Shown here: one piece after another, positions 51,868-61,974 of the stretch
Layout: each line of letters starts with the position of its first letter
Numbering within the stretch: the stretch's first letter is position 1
NCBI GenBank assembly: GCA_040754455.1
Contig: JBFMCP010000005.1
Coordinates: forward strand, 47,926 to 111,925
Source: Nitrospirota bacterium
GTDB lineage: Bacteria > Nitrospirota > Thermodesulfovibrionia > Thermodesulfovibrionales > Dissulfurispiraceae
DNA length: 64,000 nt
Reading direction: 5' to 3'
The notes under the pieces: model-generated
Told to the model about the DNA's origin: nothing
The model's database searches: none
The model's input: the letters and a program-made list of their open reading frames with translations, nothing else
Made by a program: the position numbers and the translations under genes

Positions 51868-53817
51868 ATGCAGAAGAAACGCTCATTGATTTCTCTTTTT
51901 CTTATTCTGGCCGTCCTTTCTTCAGCGCTGATCACCTCGGCAGGTCCGCCGAAAAACAGCACTGTCCTAAAAACTCCTGAAGTAGAAAGCGCCAATCCCC
52001 TCGTTAAGGGAAAACAGAGCCTCGAGAGCGGAGATTTCGACAGTGCCGTGACCTACCTCAGCACTGCGTATGAGCAGTTCCCGCTTCTCGGCGATTATGC
52101 ACTCCTCTGGAGAGCACAGGCCTATGAAAAGAAAGGCGATCCCGATAAAGCGTTGAGCGATATGCGGCTTATTAAGGAAAAGTACAAGGAATCGCCGCTC
52201 ATCAAAAACCTGAAGCTCAAAGAGCTGGAGCTGCTGGTGGCAAAAAAGGACCCCTCCCTTGCCTTGGCTTATGAGAGCTTCATTAAAGATAATCCCTCCA
52301 ACATGGAGGTCAAATTCTCTTATGCCACCTACCTCAAGGAGCGCAAGGAGAAGCAGAAGGCCCGGGACCTCTTCAAGGAGGTATACCTTACCGTATGCCC
52401 TTTGTCGGCGCGCGCTCATGATGAGCTGTCACCCGCGGACATCACCATAGAAGACCTCATCAAGAGAGGCAAGAACCTCAACAATGCAAGTCTCTTTGAA
52501 GAGTCTGAGAAGGTCTTCTGGGAAGCGCTGAAAAAGAGCTCGGGCCCGATCAGAGACGAAGCCACCGAAGGGCTCGCCTATTCTCTGTTCAGGCAGAAGC
52601 GGTACAAAGAGGCTGCCGAGCTCTACAAGCAGGTAAAGAACGGCTATTGGAGAGCGCGATCGATCTACCGTGCGGGGGACATGGAGACGCTCGAGACGGA
52701 ACTGCCCGAACTGTTAAAGACTGGTGATAAGCGGGTTGCCTCACTCCTCATCGCGTACGGGACAAAAAAGAGGAGAGAGGGAAAGATCGATGAGGCGCTG
52801 ACGATCTTCAATAACGCCGCAGCCCGTTATCCCTCGGCCAGGGAGGAGGCGCTCTGGACCATAGGGTGGACGCACTATCTTTCGAGAGATTACCGGCGTG
52901 CCCTGAGCGTGCTCTCAGAGCTTTACACGACCTATGGCGACCCCAAATACCTCTACTGGAGCAATAAGTGCAAGACCCTGCTGGGCGAGACAGAGCTGCT
53001 CGCGCCGTCATTGAATAAACGGCAGGACTTTTACACCTTTCTCTCTCACCTGAAAAACAATCAGGCGCTGCCACCCCTTGAAAAGGCCTCATTGAATCTC
53101 TCTCTGAAATCGTTCCATACCGAGCGAGCCGAGATGCTCGAAAAGCTGGGATTCATTCAGGAGGCGACTGCGGAGCTGCTGCAGATGTCGAAGAAGAACC
53201 CGGCACCGAATGATCTCGTTTATATAAGCGCTGCGCTCAAGCGGCTGGGGAATTACAAGATGGCGATGAATATCATTTCCAGAGTCCCCTACAGTGAGGA
53301 GCTCCACGAGCTCTATTATCCGTTTGTCTACTGGCAGGAGGTTGAGGAATCATCGCGGGGAAAGGGCATCGATCCCTACCTTGTCTTATCGGTCATGCGT
53401 GAGGAATCGCGCTTCGCCCCCGATGCACGGTCAATTGCCGGCGCGCTGGGACTGATGCAGATGATGCCGCAAACCGCGCAACGGCTCAATAAAAGCGTGA
53501 AAGTGGCGCTCAGGCACTCGAGCGACCTTTACGACCCAAAGACCAATATCCTTTTGGGCTCGCACTATCTGAGCAATCTGATCACCAAGTTCGGCTCGTT
53601 GCCGCTCGCCATCGCCGCCTACAACGGAGGCGAGGATGCCGTCAATGAGTGGCTGCAAAAAGGCAGCTACAGGACCATCGACGAGTTTATCGAGGACATT
53701 CCCTATGACGAGACGAGGAACTACGTAAAAAAGGTACTCACCTCGTATTTCGAATACCTGCGGACGCGCAACGATAACGATCTGACCCTCACCCGGAAAT
53801 ATCTCGGCGACCTCTAA
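51868..53817 (+). CDS. Soluble lytic transglycosylase with TPR repeats (Slt70-like)
   Basis: REESRF, GLMQ, AAYNGG, ETRNYV. Confidence 0.9.
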   Translation: MQKKRSLISLFLILAVLSSALITSAGPPKNSTVLKTPEVESANPLVKGKQSLESGDFDSAVTYLSTAYEQFPLLGDYALLWRAQAYEKKGDPDKALSDMRLIKEKYKESPLIKNLKLKELELLVAKKDPSLALAYESFIKDNPSNMEVKFSYATYLKERKEKQKARDLFKEVYLTVCPLSARAHDELSPADITIEDLIKRGKNLNNASLFEESEKVFWEALKKSSGPIRDEATEGLAYSLFRQKRYKEAAELYKQVKNGYWRARSIYRAGDMETLETELPELLKTGDKRVASLLIAYGTKKRREGKIDEALTIFNNAAARYPSAREEALWTIGWTHYLSRDYRRALSVLSELYTTYGDPKYLYWSNKCKTLLGETELLAPSLNKRQDFYTFLSHLKNNQALPPLEKASLNLSLKSFHTERAEMLEKLGFIQEATAELLQMSKKNPAPNDLVYISAALKRLGNYKMAMNIISRVPYSEELHELYYPFVYWQEVEESSRGKGIDPYLVLSVMREESRFAPDARSIAGALGLMQMMPQTAQRLNKSVKVALRHSSDLYDPKTNILLGSHYLSNLITKFGSLPLAIAAYNGGEDAVNEWLQKGSYRTIDEFIEDIPYDETRNYVKKVLTSYFEYLRTRNDNDLTLTRKYLGDL

Positions 53818-53898
53818 GCCGTGCAGCCCGCTCTGATTTCCTCCGCCCGCTTTATTTTTCACAAGCTGATTGTGTATCATGTAAGTCATTATTGAGGA

Positions 53899-53988
53899 GC
53901 ATACCGTGCAGTAGCTCAGCGTGTCTGACCATGCTGCGAGGGTCGCGTGGAGGGGATAAGCTCCTCTCCCGCAACAAGCGCCGGATGC
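53899..53988 (+). ncRNA. Candidate structured leader RNA upstream of zapB
   Basis: Closing stem plus two internal hairpins, folded by eye; family not recognised. Confidence 0.35.
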
Positions 53989-54024
53989 GAATACGATGAG
54001 GTAGAAAAGGAGGCACCGTTTAAG

Positions 54025-54240
54025 ATGTTGAAGACGTTTGAAGAAAAAATAACCTATGCGATAGAAAAAGTAAAACAGTTGAAAGAGGAAAAGTTCGCTC
54101 TCGAGAAAAAGATCGAGGAGCTCGAGGATGTGATCAGCGTCAAGGATCAGGAGATCGAGAAGCTGACACTTGAGAAAGCAGCGGTTAAAGCGCAGATTGA
54201 AGATCTCTTCAATGAGCTCGAATCAATAGAACTGAAATAA
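54025..54240 (+). CDS. zapB: ZapB-like coiled-coil cell division protein
   Basis: FEEKITYAIEKVKQLKEE heptads; SD AAGGAGG; precedes zapA. Confidence 0.7.
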   Translation: MLKTFEEKITYAIEKVKQLKEEKFALEKKIEELEDVISVKDQEIEKLTLEKAAVKAQIEDLFNELESIELK

Positions 54241-54248
54241 AACCGTCC

Positions 54249-54515
54249 ATGGGAAATGTTGAGGTCACCATCCTCGGACAAAAGTATGTAGTGAAAGGCA
54301 GCGAGCCGCCGGAATACATACGCCAGCTTGCGGCGCTGGTCGACGAAAAGCTCAGGGAGGTATATGCGCAGGCACCGCATGTGACTCCGCTCAAAGCCGC
54401 GATCCTCGCATCCCTCACCATTGCCGATGAGTACTACAAGATACGAAACGAATACGACGGCATCGCGCAGAATATAGAGAGCAAGGCGGACTCGATCATC
54501 AGACTCTTCGATTAG
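54249..54515 (+). CDS. zapA: Cell division protein ZapA
   Basis: VEVTILGQKY, LAALVDEK, AILASLTIADE. Confidence 0.9.
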   Translation: MGNVEVTILGQKYVVKGSEPPEYIRQLAALVDEKLREVYAQAPHVTPLKAAILASLTIADEYYKIRNEYDGIAQNIESKADSIIRLFD

Positions 54516-55434
54516 CCCCGGGGCGGCGTTTGTCGATTCTCCAGCAGCTGCCCCCGATCGTCTTTGCATACTTTTTCATTTCCGAAGCGATCTCTGCGAT
54601 CTCCCCATAATGGTTGAAGGTCCTGAATTTGTTATGGGCGATACCGATGGAAAGGCCGATCAGGGGAAAGGCCTTTTGCTTTCCTTCACGGTCAACTGAT
54701 TCAATGTATCCCCTGGCCCTGTCTTCGGCATCATAGAATGTTGGGATAATTTTATCGAAGTATGCGGTAATCTTTTCCGAGGCCTCTTCGATACTGTCAA
54801 TGCCCATGATAATGACGAAGTCGTCACCGCCGATGTGCCCGACAAAACTGCCGTGGGGCTGTATTTCTTTCACGGTGTTGAGGATGAGCCTGCCGAGCAT
54901 CTTCAGTACTTCGTCGCCGCGGCTGAAACCGTACCGGTCATTATAGGGTTTGAAGAAGTCGAGATCCGCATAGGCGAGGGCAAAGCGCTCTTTCGCATCA
55001 AGCCGCTTCTGGATTTGCCTGATGATGCCGATATTGCCGGGGAGCCTCGTCAAGGGGTTCACCTCGACCATCCGCTCCGCGCGCTGTATGCAGAGCTCCA
55101 CTCTTGACAGTAGTTCCGCTTCAACAATAAATCTTCTCATATAGTCATCGACAGGAAACACATCCCAGCCCGGGATGACCGCCGTATCGTCAAACAGGGC
55201 TATGACCGAAAGCGGGCCGAGGATGGGGTCGCCTTTTAATTCGCTCAGGATCGTCATGCTCGCCCGGTCATTGGAATGCACCTCGATGACTACCACGTCA
55301 GGAATGGTGTTGTAGATATAATCGAGAGAGGATCCGAGATTGGTAAAGGTGACCGTATGGTACGTATCCTTGAGCAGCCGCTCGAGGATAGTGGTCAGAA
55401 CCGGATCTCTGGTGACGAGGACGACGGTCTTCAC
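54499..55434 (-). CDS. Receiver-like + GGDEF domain diguanylate cyclase
   Basis: NPLTRLPGN, DLDFFKPYND, GHIGGDDF. Confidence 0.88.
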   Translation of the reverse strand: MKTVVLVTRDPVLTTILERLLKDTYHTVTFTNLGSSLDYIYNTIPDVVVIEVHSNDRASMTILSELKGDPILGPLSVIALFDDTAVIPGWDVFPVDDYMRRFIVEAELLSRVELCIQRAERMVEVNPLTRLPGNIGIIRQIQKRLDAKERFALAYADLDFFKPYNDRYGFSRGDEVLKMLGRLILNTVKEIQPHGSFVGHIGGDDFVIIMGIDSIEEASEKITAYFDKIIPTFYDAEDRARGYIESVDREGKQKAFPLIGLSIGIAHNKFRTFNHYGEIAEIASEMKKYAKTIGGSCWRIDKRRPGANRRV

Positions 55435-56280
55435 TTAGTCACCGGAGAGAAGGAAATCCTCTGCCTGCCCCAGCGTTTCCTCCATTTCGGCCAGGATGTC
55501 CTTCGTAGCGCCCTCGGAGAGCTTCAGCGTCTCCCATGCCGCGGGGTTCACAGCAGGTACAAAGTGGTCGCCGGCGAAACCGAATCCCTTTGCCCGTGTA
55601 AGAATATCCGCCACATGTACGATAGCGGTTTCGAGGGGAAAGGCCTTGGAGAGGTGCGGCTTGTGGTGATACTCGATAATTTCGACGAGACTTTTCGGAA
55701 AGTTCCATTTCTGCGCAACCCATGCTCCTGCATCGGCATGGTTGATCTTGAAGTAGTCCCTTTCCGCTTCAAAGATGAAGACCTCTGATTTCTCGGCTGT
55801 CTCCATCACCTGTTTGTATTCATCGGGGAACTTGAGCCCGAGCACCACCTTGCCGATGTCATGGAGCAACCCGGCGACTGAGAGCTCCTCGGGCTCCTTC
55901 AGCCCCTTCTTTTTCGCAATGATGCGGGAGGTAATGGCACAGCCGAGCGAATGCTCCCAGAGACCGACCATGGTCTTCTGCATCGCCTCGAAGACCGAAA
56001 CGCCGAGGAGCATCCCCCGGACGACGTTCAATCCGAGCAGGATCAATGCCTGGTTGACCGAGGCGATCCTGCCGGGAAAGCCGTAGATCGGCGAATTGAC
56101 GATCTTGAGTACGCGAGAGGTAAGGACGGGATCGTTCGCTATGAAGACGCCGATATCATTGATCGATATCCTGGGCTTATCAATGATCGCCAGCAGTTTT
56201 CTTAATACGGTCGGAATGGTGGGAAGGGCATCGATCTTCTCGATCTGGCTGCGTAAGGCCTGCACATCCATACTAGGCAT
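55435..56280 (-). CDS. HDOD domain protein
   Basis: LPTIP, DPVLTSRVLKIVNS, LWEHS, GLLHDIGK, WNFP. Confidence 0.92.
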   Translation of the reverse strand: MPSMDVQALRSQIEKIDALPTIPTVLRKLLAIIDKPRISINDIGVFIANDPVLTSRVLKIVNSPIYGFPGRIASVNQALILLGLNVVRGMLLGVSVFEAMQKTMVGLWEHSLGCAITSRIIAKKKGLKEPEELSVAGLLHDIGKVVLGLKFPDEYKQVMETAEKSEVFIFEAERDYFKINHADAGAWVAQKWNFPKSLVEIIEYHHKPHLSKAFPLETAIVHVADILTRAKGFGFAGDHFVPAVNPAAWETLKLSEGATKDILAEMEETLGQAEDFLLSGD

Positions 56281-56569
56281 TCATCTCCTCTATATGCTCC
56301 AGAAAGAGCCGTTTCAGTACTCCCATATGAGGCTCATGCTCTGTCTTTGAAAAGCGCTGCGCGATATCGGCCAGCATCTCTTCCTTCGTCTTTTGAGGCT
56401 TTGCCGCTCCTTCGATATCAACACTTTGTATGTTCATGGCATTGAGCCGGTCGATGCGGGCCTCGGTCAATTCCGTGCCCTCCCCCAGCAGGATCATGCC
56501 GCTCTCGTTAACAACCGGTTTTGCGAGCTTCATTCCTGGTTTCAGTTTTTCGACAGCGATCTTCGGCAA
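56273..56569 (-). CDS. Hypothetical protein (resembles the N-terminal module of HD-GYP proteins)
   Basis: LKPGMKLAKPV..G.ILL..GTELT; TTG start after GGAGG. Confidence 0.7.
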   Translation of the reverse strand: MPKIAVEKLKPGMKLAKPVVNESGMILLGEGTELTEARIDRLNAMNIQSVDIEGAAKPQKTKEEMLADIAQRFSKTEHEPHMGVLKRLFLEHIEEMNA

Positions 56570-56710
56570 GAACTACCTCCCTCACAGGACCATTAGGAAA
56601 GGCACTCCTCTCCTTAGCTTTATTTCGGCGTTTTTTCTCCCGCCTTTAATCCCGTACAATGCCGACTCTCTCAGCATTGTGCAGACTGTTTTCCGAGGGT
56701 ATAATTAAAA

Positions 56711-57625
56711 ATGCAGTTTACCGCCGCTTATTTGAAGCTTTCCCGCGCCGAGTTGTGGCAGCGGGTGAACTCCGCAGAAGGCCTCCTGAAAAGATGCACG
56801 CTCTGCCCCAGAGCGTGCGGCATTGATAGGACCTCGGGAGAGGTCGGCTTCTGCAGGACAGGAGACAGGCCGCTCGTTGCAAGCTGGGGGGCACATTTCG
56901 GAGAGGAGCGCCCCATTGTCGGAAGATTCGGCTCCGGCACCATTTTTTTCAGCAACTGCAACTTAGGGTGTATCTTCTGCCAGAACTGGGATATAAGTCA
57001 GTCCTGCGAGGGCAGCGAGATGCCCTTTGAACGTCTCGCCGGTATTATGATCGAGCTGCAAAAGGCAGGCTGTCATAATATCAATCTGGTGACGCCGACC
57101 CACCAGATGCCGTTGATCCTGCGCTCCCTCGCCATCGCCGTCGACACAGGGCTCACCGTGCCGGTGGTCTACAATTGCGGCGGCTATGAACCTCTCGAAT
57201 CATTGAGCATCCTGGACGGCATCATCGACATCTATATGCCGGACTTCAAGTATGCCGATCCTGCAGCAGCACTCAAATATTCAAAAGCAAAGGATTATCC
57301 ACAAGTTGCAAAAGCCGCGATCAAGGAAATGCACCGTCAGGTCGGCGATCTCGTGATCGATGAGCGAGGAATCGCCCTCAGGGGGCTCCTCGTCCGCCAT
57401 CTCGTTCTTCCCGACGGCATCGCAGGGACCAAGGAAGTGGTTCGGTTCATTGCCGAAGAGATTTCAAAAAACACCTACATCAACATCATGGATCAGTACT
57501 TCCCCTACTACAAAGCGCGTGATTATCCCCCCCTGGACAGGAGAATTACAAAAAAGGAGTATGATGAAGCGATACAGATGGCCCTTGATGCGGGATTGAC
57601 GAGGATCGACGGAGTAACTATATAA
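56711..57625 (+). CDS. Radical SAM protein (PflX-like)
   Basis: CTLCPRAC, HFGEE, CNLGCIFCQN, YMPDFKY, RHLVLP. Confidence 0.88.
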   Translation: MQFTAAYLKLSRAELWQRVNSAEGLLKRCTLCPRACGIDRTSGEVGFCRTGDRPLVASWGAHFGEERPIVGRFGSGTIFFSNCNLGCIFCQNWDISQSCEGSEMPFERLAGIMIELQKAGCHNINLVTPTHQMPLILRSLAIAVDTGLTVPVVYNCGGYEPLESLSILDGIIDIYMPDFKYADPAAALKYSKAKDYPQVAKAAIKEMHRQVGDLVIDERGIALRGLLVRHLVLPDGIAGTKEVVRFIAEEISKNTYINIMDQYFPYYKARDYPPLDRRITKKEYDEAIQMALDAGLTRIDGVTI

Positions 57626-57700
57626 GTATAAGTAGAAAGTGAAAGCTAAACAAAAGATTAAATTTAACTCTTTCTTTTATTTCTTACTTCCCAGTTCCTA
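57624..57700. repeat. Degenerate heptamer-periodic inverted repeat between convergent genes
   Basis: AAGTATAAGTAGAAAGTGAAAG ... CTTTCTTTTATTTCTTACTTCCCAGTTCC. Confidence 0.45.
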
Positions 57701-58180
57701 CTTAATGTTTATTATCTCCCCTTCCATGCGATCGAGATCAACGATCGCGACCGTCGGCTTTCCATAGAGCCATCCGCAGACTTCACCGGGATTTACGACG
57801 AGGGTAGTTTTGACTTTCTTCATCACCGGCTCATGGGTATGTCCATAGACAACAAGATCGAAATGGCCGCTGTCGGCAAGGGCGTCGACTACCTCAGGCT
57901 CATGCACGACCACAATCTTTCGGTTATCGAGCGCAAAGATATACGGCTGCGTATAGATCCTGCCTTCATAAAGCTTGCTTAAAAGTACACGCTCTCCGTC
58001 GTTATTGCCGAAGATGCCGGTAAATCCTCCGGGAAAGTGCTTCAACACGCGCCTGGTAAAGGGAGAAGTGAAATCTCCGGCATGAATGATGTGCTCGACA
58101 TTCCGTGCCTTGAAAATCTCCAGGACCTTTCTGAGATTATCAAGATGGTCATGGGTATCAGAAATGATGCCGATGATCAT
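57698..58180 (-). CDS. Metallophosphoesterase (YfcE family)
   Basis: SDTHD, HAGD, GNND, GHTH, NPG. Confidence 0.9.
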   Translation of the reverse strand: MIIGIISDTHDHLDNLRKVLEIFKARNVEHIIHAGDFTSPFTRRVLKHFPGGFTGIFGNNDGERVLLSKLYEGRIYTQPYIFALDNRKIVVVHEPEVVDALADSGHFDLVVYGHTHEPVMKKVKTTLVVNPGEVCGWLYGKPTVAIVDLDRMEGEIINIK

Positions 58181-58246
58181 AAATGCTCCATAGAATAAGA
58201 GTAAGTAGGGTATAAAAACAATTGCTTCACGTTAAATGCTTAACGC

Positions 58247-59248
58247 CTAAAGCGGCAAATACGCCTTTGGATTCAGATCCAGTCCGGCAATGTCGCCTTT
58301 AATGAAATGGTGATATCCTGCGGCAGCAATCATTGCAGCATTATCAGTACAAAGAGAGAGCGAGGGAAGAAACAATTCCACCCCTCTTTCTTCTGCCATT
58401 TCCTGCATGCGCCTCCTCAGGGCGCTGTTGGCAGAAACGCCTCCTGAAAGCGTTATCCTCCTGATACCTTTTTTGACGATCGCCCATTCCACCTTTCGGA
58501 CCAGCACATCAATAACTGCCGATTGGAAAGCGGCAGCGACATCAACTAAAAAGGAACGATCGGCAGCACGCGAAGGGTCTTTTTCAAATTCGAGCTTCAC
58601 CGCTGTTTTAAGGCCGCTGAAGCTGAAATCGAAGGATTCGGGGACATAGGCACGGGGGAAATCGTAGGCTTTAGAATATCCCTCTTTTGCCAACTTGTCG
58701 ATGATCGGCCCTCCGGGATAGCCGAGCCCCAACAGCTTCGCCACCTTGTCAAACGCCTCTCCCGCAGCATCGTCCCTCGTCCGTCCAAGCTCAATGTACT
58801 GTCCGAACCCCTCTACGATATAGAGACTCGTATGACCGCCCGAGGCGATGAGGGAGAGAAAGGGGAATTCCGGCCTCTGCTCTTCGAGAAAGACCGAAAA
58901 GATGTGGCCCTCGAGATGGTTGACCGCAACCAGCGGAATGCCCTTGGCATACCCCACCGCTTTTGCGAAGCCGCCTCCCACCAGCAGAGAGCCGATCAGC
59001 CCGGGGCCGTAGCATACGGCAATGGCGTTCATGGCATCGAGAGGCAGTCCCGCACTCTTTAGGGCCTCATCGGTAACCGGCCATATCATCTCAATGTGCC
59101 GACGCGATGCCAGTTCAGGCACGATGCCGCCGTACTTCTTATGGATCTCCGTCTGTGAAGAGACGACATTGGAAAGGATCTTCTGCCCATCGACCACAAC
59201 GGATGCAGAGGTATCGTCACAGGAAGTATCGATGCCGAGAATATACAT
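58247..59248 (-). CDS. tsaD: tRNA threonylcarbamoyltransferase
   Basis: MYILGIDTSCDD, HLEGH, SGGH, DDAAGEAFDK, DNAAMIA; start moved to 59248. Confidence 0.97.
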   Translation of the reverse strand: MYILGIDTSCDDTSASVVVDGQKILSNVVSSQTEIHKKYGGIVPELASRRHIEMIWPVTDEALKSAGLPLDAMNAIAVCYGPGLIGSLLVGGGFAKAVGYAKGIPLVAVNHLEGHIFSVFLEEQRPEFPFLSLIASGGHTSLYIVEGFGQYIELGRTRDDAAGEAFDKVAKLLGLGYPGGPIIDKLAKEGYSKAYDFPRAYVPESFDFSFSGLKTAVKLEFEKDPSRAADRSFLVDVAAAFQSAVIDVLVRKVEWAIVKKGIRRITLSGGVSANSALRRRMQEMAEERGVELFLPSLSLCTDNAAMIAAAGYHHFIKGDIAGLDLNPKAYLPL

Positions 59249-59251
59249 AGA

Positions 59252-59332
59252 AGAGCAAAAATCAAAAAGCAAAATGCAAAATTGAGGAATTCCGCAACTT
59301 TACATTGTGCTCTCTGAATTTTAAATTTTTAT
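59252..59332. repeat. Heptamer-periodic A-rich/T-rich inverted repeat
   Basis: GCAAAAA TCAAAAA GCAAAAT GCAAAAT TGAGGAATTCC ... TGAATTT TAAATTT TTATT. Confidence 0.75.
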
Positions 59333-60411
59333 TGTCCTCCGTAGGAATGCAAGCCACTCAGCAGGAGGTTGACGCCGAGATAGGTAAATACCGTGCTGAC
59401 GAACCCGATAACAGCGACGATCGCTATCTTGTTCCCTCTCCAGCCCCGCATGAAACGGGCATGAACATAGAATGCATAAACGAACCAGGTGATCAACGAC
59501 CATGTCTCTTTAGGGTCCCAGCTCCAGTACTTGCCCCAGGCCTGGTCGGCCCAGATTGCGCCGAAGATGAGGCCGCCGAGGGTGAAAATAGGGAAACCGA
59601 TGGCGATGTTCTTGTAGGTGAGATCGTCGAGCATATCCGGAGAGATTGAAAACGAGGAGATGATCTTCTTAACGACATGGCCGAATTTCCAGATCAGAAA
59701 TATAAACGCAGCCGCCGCAATATAGCTGACAACTGCAACAGCGCCCGAAGCATTCCTGAAGGTCGCCTTGAAAAGATTGCTCTTGATAAATGCCTCGGGG
59801 TTCCCTGCGACTCTGAAGACAAGGAAGTCGATGCCCATCGCGATAAGAACAGACAGAAATACTCCCAGGGTAACGGTCCAGAAGAGGTATGCCCCGCTCT
59901 TTTTGTTGTCCGTAGTCACCGCCAGATACATTATTGCCGTAGCAAAGGAAAGGGCAAAGGTCGCATACGAGATAAAGCTCATGGTCACATGGGCCAGCAG
60001 CCAGTTGCTCTGGAGCGCCGGGATAAGGGGATGAATGCTCTTATCCATTCCAGAAATGTCGATAAAGGCAAGTGCCATTCCCGCAATAGGGGTAATGAAG
60101 GCGCCGAAGGAGCGGTTCTTGTATTTCCATTCGATGATAAGATAGCCAAGGATCAGACACCAGACAAAGAATATCAGCGATTCGTACAGGTTGGTGAGCG
60201 GAATCGCCCTCATAAGGCCCATCTGGCCGACATTGAGGAATTCACCCGTCCTCAGAACAAACGCTATGGTGTGAGAGACCAGGCCTGCGACCGTGATCGT
60301 TGTGGCGATCACTCCTATCGTCGAATTCCTGAAGGCAAGATATGCTATATAGGCAACCATTGCGAGGATGTAAGCAATGCTCGCTATGCCGAAAAATTGG
60401 GAACTATCCAT
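59329..60411 (-). CDS. resC: Cytochrome c biogenesis system II heme-handling protein (ResC/CcsA)
   Basis: PLTNLYE, LQSNWLLAH, WGKYWSWDPKETW, GLHSY. Confidence 0.95.
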   Translation of the reverse strand: MDSSQFFGIASIAYILAMVAYIAYLAFRNSTIGVIATTITVAGLVSHTIAFVLRTGEFLNVGQMGLMRAIPLTNLYESLIFFVWCLILGYLIIEWKYKNRSFGAFITPIAGMALAFIDISGMDKSIHPLIPALQSNWLLAHVTMSFISYATFALSFATAIMYLAVTTDNKKSGAYLFWTVTLGVFLSVLIAMGIDFLVFRVAGNPEAFIKSNLFKATFRNASGAVAVVSYIAAAAFIFLIWKFGHVVKKIISSFSISPDMLDDLTYKNIAIGFPIFTLGGLIFGAIWADQAWGKYWSWDPKETWSLITWFVYAFYVHARFMRGWRGNKIAIVAVIGFVSTVFTYLGVNLLLSGLHSYGGQ

Positions 60412-60431
60412 GTAAACCCTCCTTAAAAGGA

Positions 60432-61838
60432 CTAGAGACTCTTGATTGCTTTATCGATCTTCTGCTCGAATGCCAGCTTGTTCTTATTTACCGATGCGGC
60501 AAAGGAGACCTTTGTAGCGCCTTTATCCTCTTTCAGCCTGACCCATATGCGGGCATGGCTCATAAAAAACGCGGCGTAGAGACCGATGGCCATAATAAGG
60601 CAGCCGAGATACACAATCCAGACACCGGGGTCTTTCCGCACCTGCAATCCCGTGTACTGGGAACCCCAGAGGTCCTTGAATTCGATAACACCGTCAGGCA
60701 CTTTCCAGGTCTGCGCGTATCTCGACAATATCCATTGATTGTATTTGACCTTTCCATTTTCGGAGAATTCTACAAAAACCGCCGGATTGTTCATCATCTC
60801 CGCATAGGTAAACAGCCTTCCGGAAGGGTCCTGCCCGAGGGCGGGACTGAAATCGACGACCCTCCCCGTTACATTGGTTCCGGGGATAGTGAACGACTCG
60901 CCGAATCTCAATCTGACATCCTCCCTCGTGCCTGCGTTGGAGACGAGTGAGAAGACAAAGAGATTATCCCTGCTCGGCGAGAATCCATAGCTCGATTGGT
61001 AGAAGGTAATCCCTTTATACCGCAGAGGATTATTGACGTCGATCTGTTTCCTCATCACTTCTCTTCCGTTCTCGATGATCGTGAGCCAGCTGTTGAAAGC
61101 CTTCGGCGTATCGGAGTTCTCGTAGAAAGATACATTGAAATCATCGCAGCGGACCTCAAAACCAAGTGGCACTGTTTTATCAGGGGCTCCTTTATAAACA
61201 ACGGAAGACGAGGTGCCTTCCAGCAGGTTGAGCGTTGCATTGAAGCCGAAGAAGATACCTATAACAGCTCCCGCCAGGATAAAGAGGATACTCAGGTGCG
61301 TCACGTAGACGCCGAGCCTGCTGTACCTGCCCTTTTCCGCGTAGAGCTGTGTGCCGCCCTCATCCTGAGCCACCCCCGGCTTGAATCCCATCTTTTTCAA
61401 AGCAGCCTCTACAGAGGCCCTTGCCGCATCGGGTTTTCCCTTGACTGTCGTCTCCTTCTTTATCGGCATAACGCCGAACTGGTCGGGGGTAAGGGGCTTG
61501 ACAGGCTCTTTGACGAGCTTCAGGATCTTGGGCAACCGGTCCAGCGAGCATATAATGAGGTTGGCGGTGAAAATAAAAAGCAGGGTAATGAACCACCATG
61601 AGTGGAACATATCGGTGAAGTTGAGCGTCTCGAGAATTCTATATACCGTAGGAGCAGCGTCCCCGAAGAACTTCGTCAGGAGTTTTATGTTGCGCTCGGG
61701 GGGGGCCTGCTGCTCGATGATAGTACCGACGATCGAGGTCAGAGAGATAATGGTGAATACGACAACGGCAAGAGTTATGGAGGAAAAGAGATTCCATATC
61801 CTGTCAACGATAGACGGTGATTTTTGCTCATTACTCAC
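60432..61838 (-). CDS. resB: Cytochrome c biogenesis protein ResB
   Basis: GTIIEQ, FHSWWF, THLS, VNNPL..YQSS, GLQVRKDPG. Confidence 0.93.
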   Translation of the reverse strand: MSNEQKSPSIVDRIWNLFSSITLAVVVFTIISLTSIVGTIIEQQAPPERNIKLLTKFFGDAAPTVYRILETLNFTDMFHSWWFITLLFIFTANLIICSLDRLPKILKLVKEPVKPLTPDQFGVMPIKKETTVKGKPDAARASVEAALKKMGFKPGVAQDEGGTQLYAEKGRYSRLGVYVTHLSILFILAGAVIGIFFGFNATLNLLEGTSSSVVYKGAPDKTVPLGFEVRCDDFNVSFYENSDTPKAFNSWLTIIENGREVMRKQIDVNNPLRYKGITFYQSSYGFSPSRDNLFVFSLVSNAGTREDVRLRFGESFTIPGTNVTGRVVDFSPALGQDPSGRLFTYAEMMNNPAVFVEFSENGKVKYNQWILSRYAQTWKVPDGVIEFKDLWGSQYTGLQVRKDPGVWIVYLGCLIMAIGLYAAFFMSHARIWVRLKEDKGATKVSFAASVNKNKLAFEQKIDKAIKSL

Positions 61839-61974
61839 GATCCGTTCCCCCTTTGTTCTTTACCCCTAGCATATATGAGGATTGATGAATTTTTTATGAA
61901 GGACGTAGTTCTAAGCCAAGTTAACATATTACCAAAAACCACCATATTCTTCAACCAAAAGGGATCGCGAGATG

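Noticed and set aside
53885..54020. 6S RNA or tRNA near zapA (contains GTAGCTCAG)
   Set aside because: No long rod with a central bubble, upstream rather than downstream of zapA, and no T-arm (GTTC) or acceptor stem; kept only as an unknown structured leader
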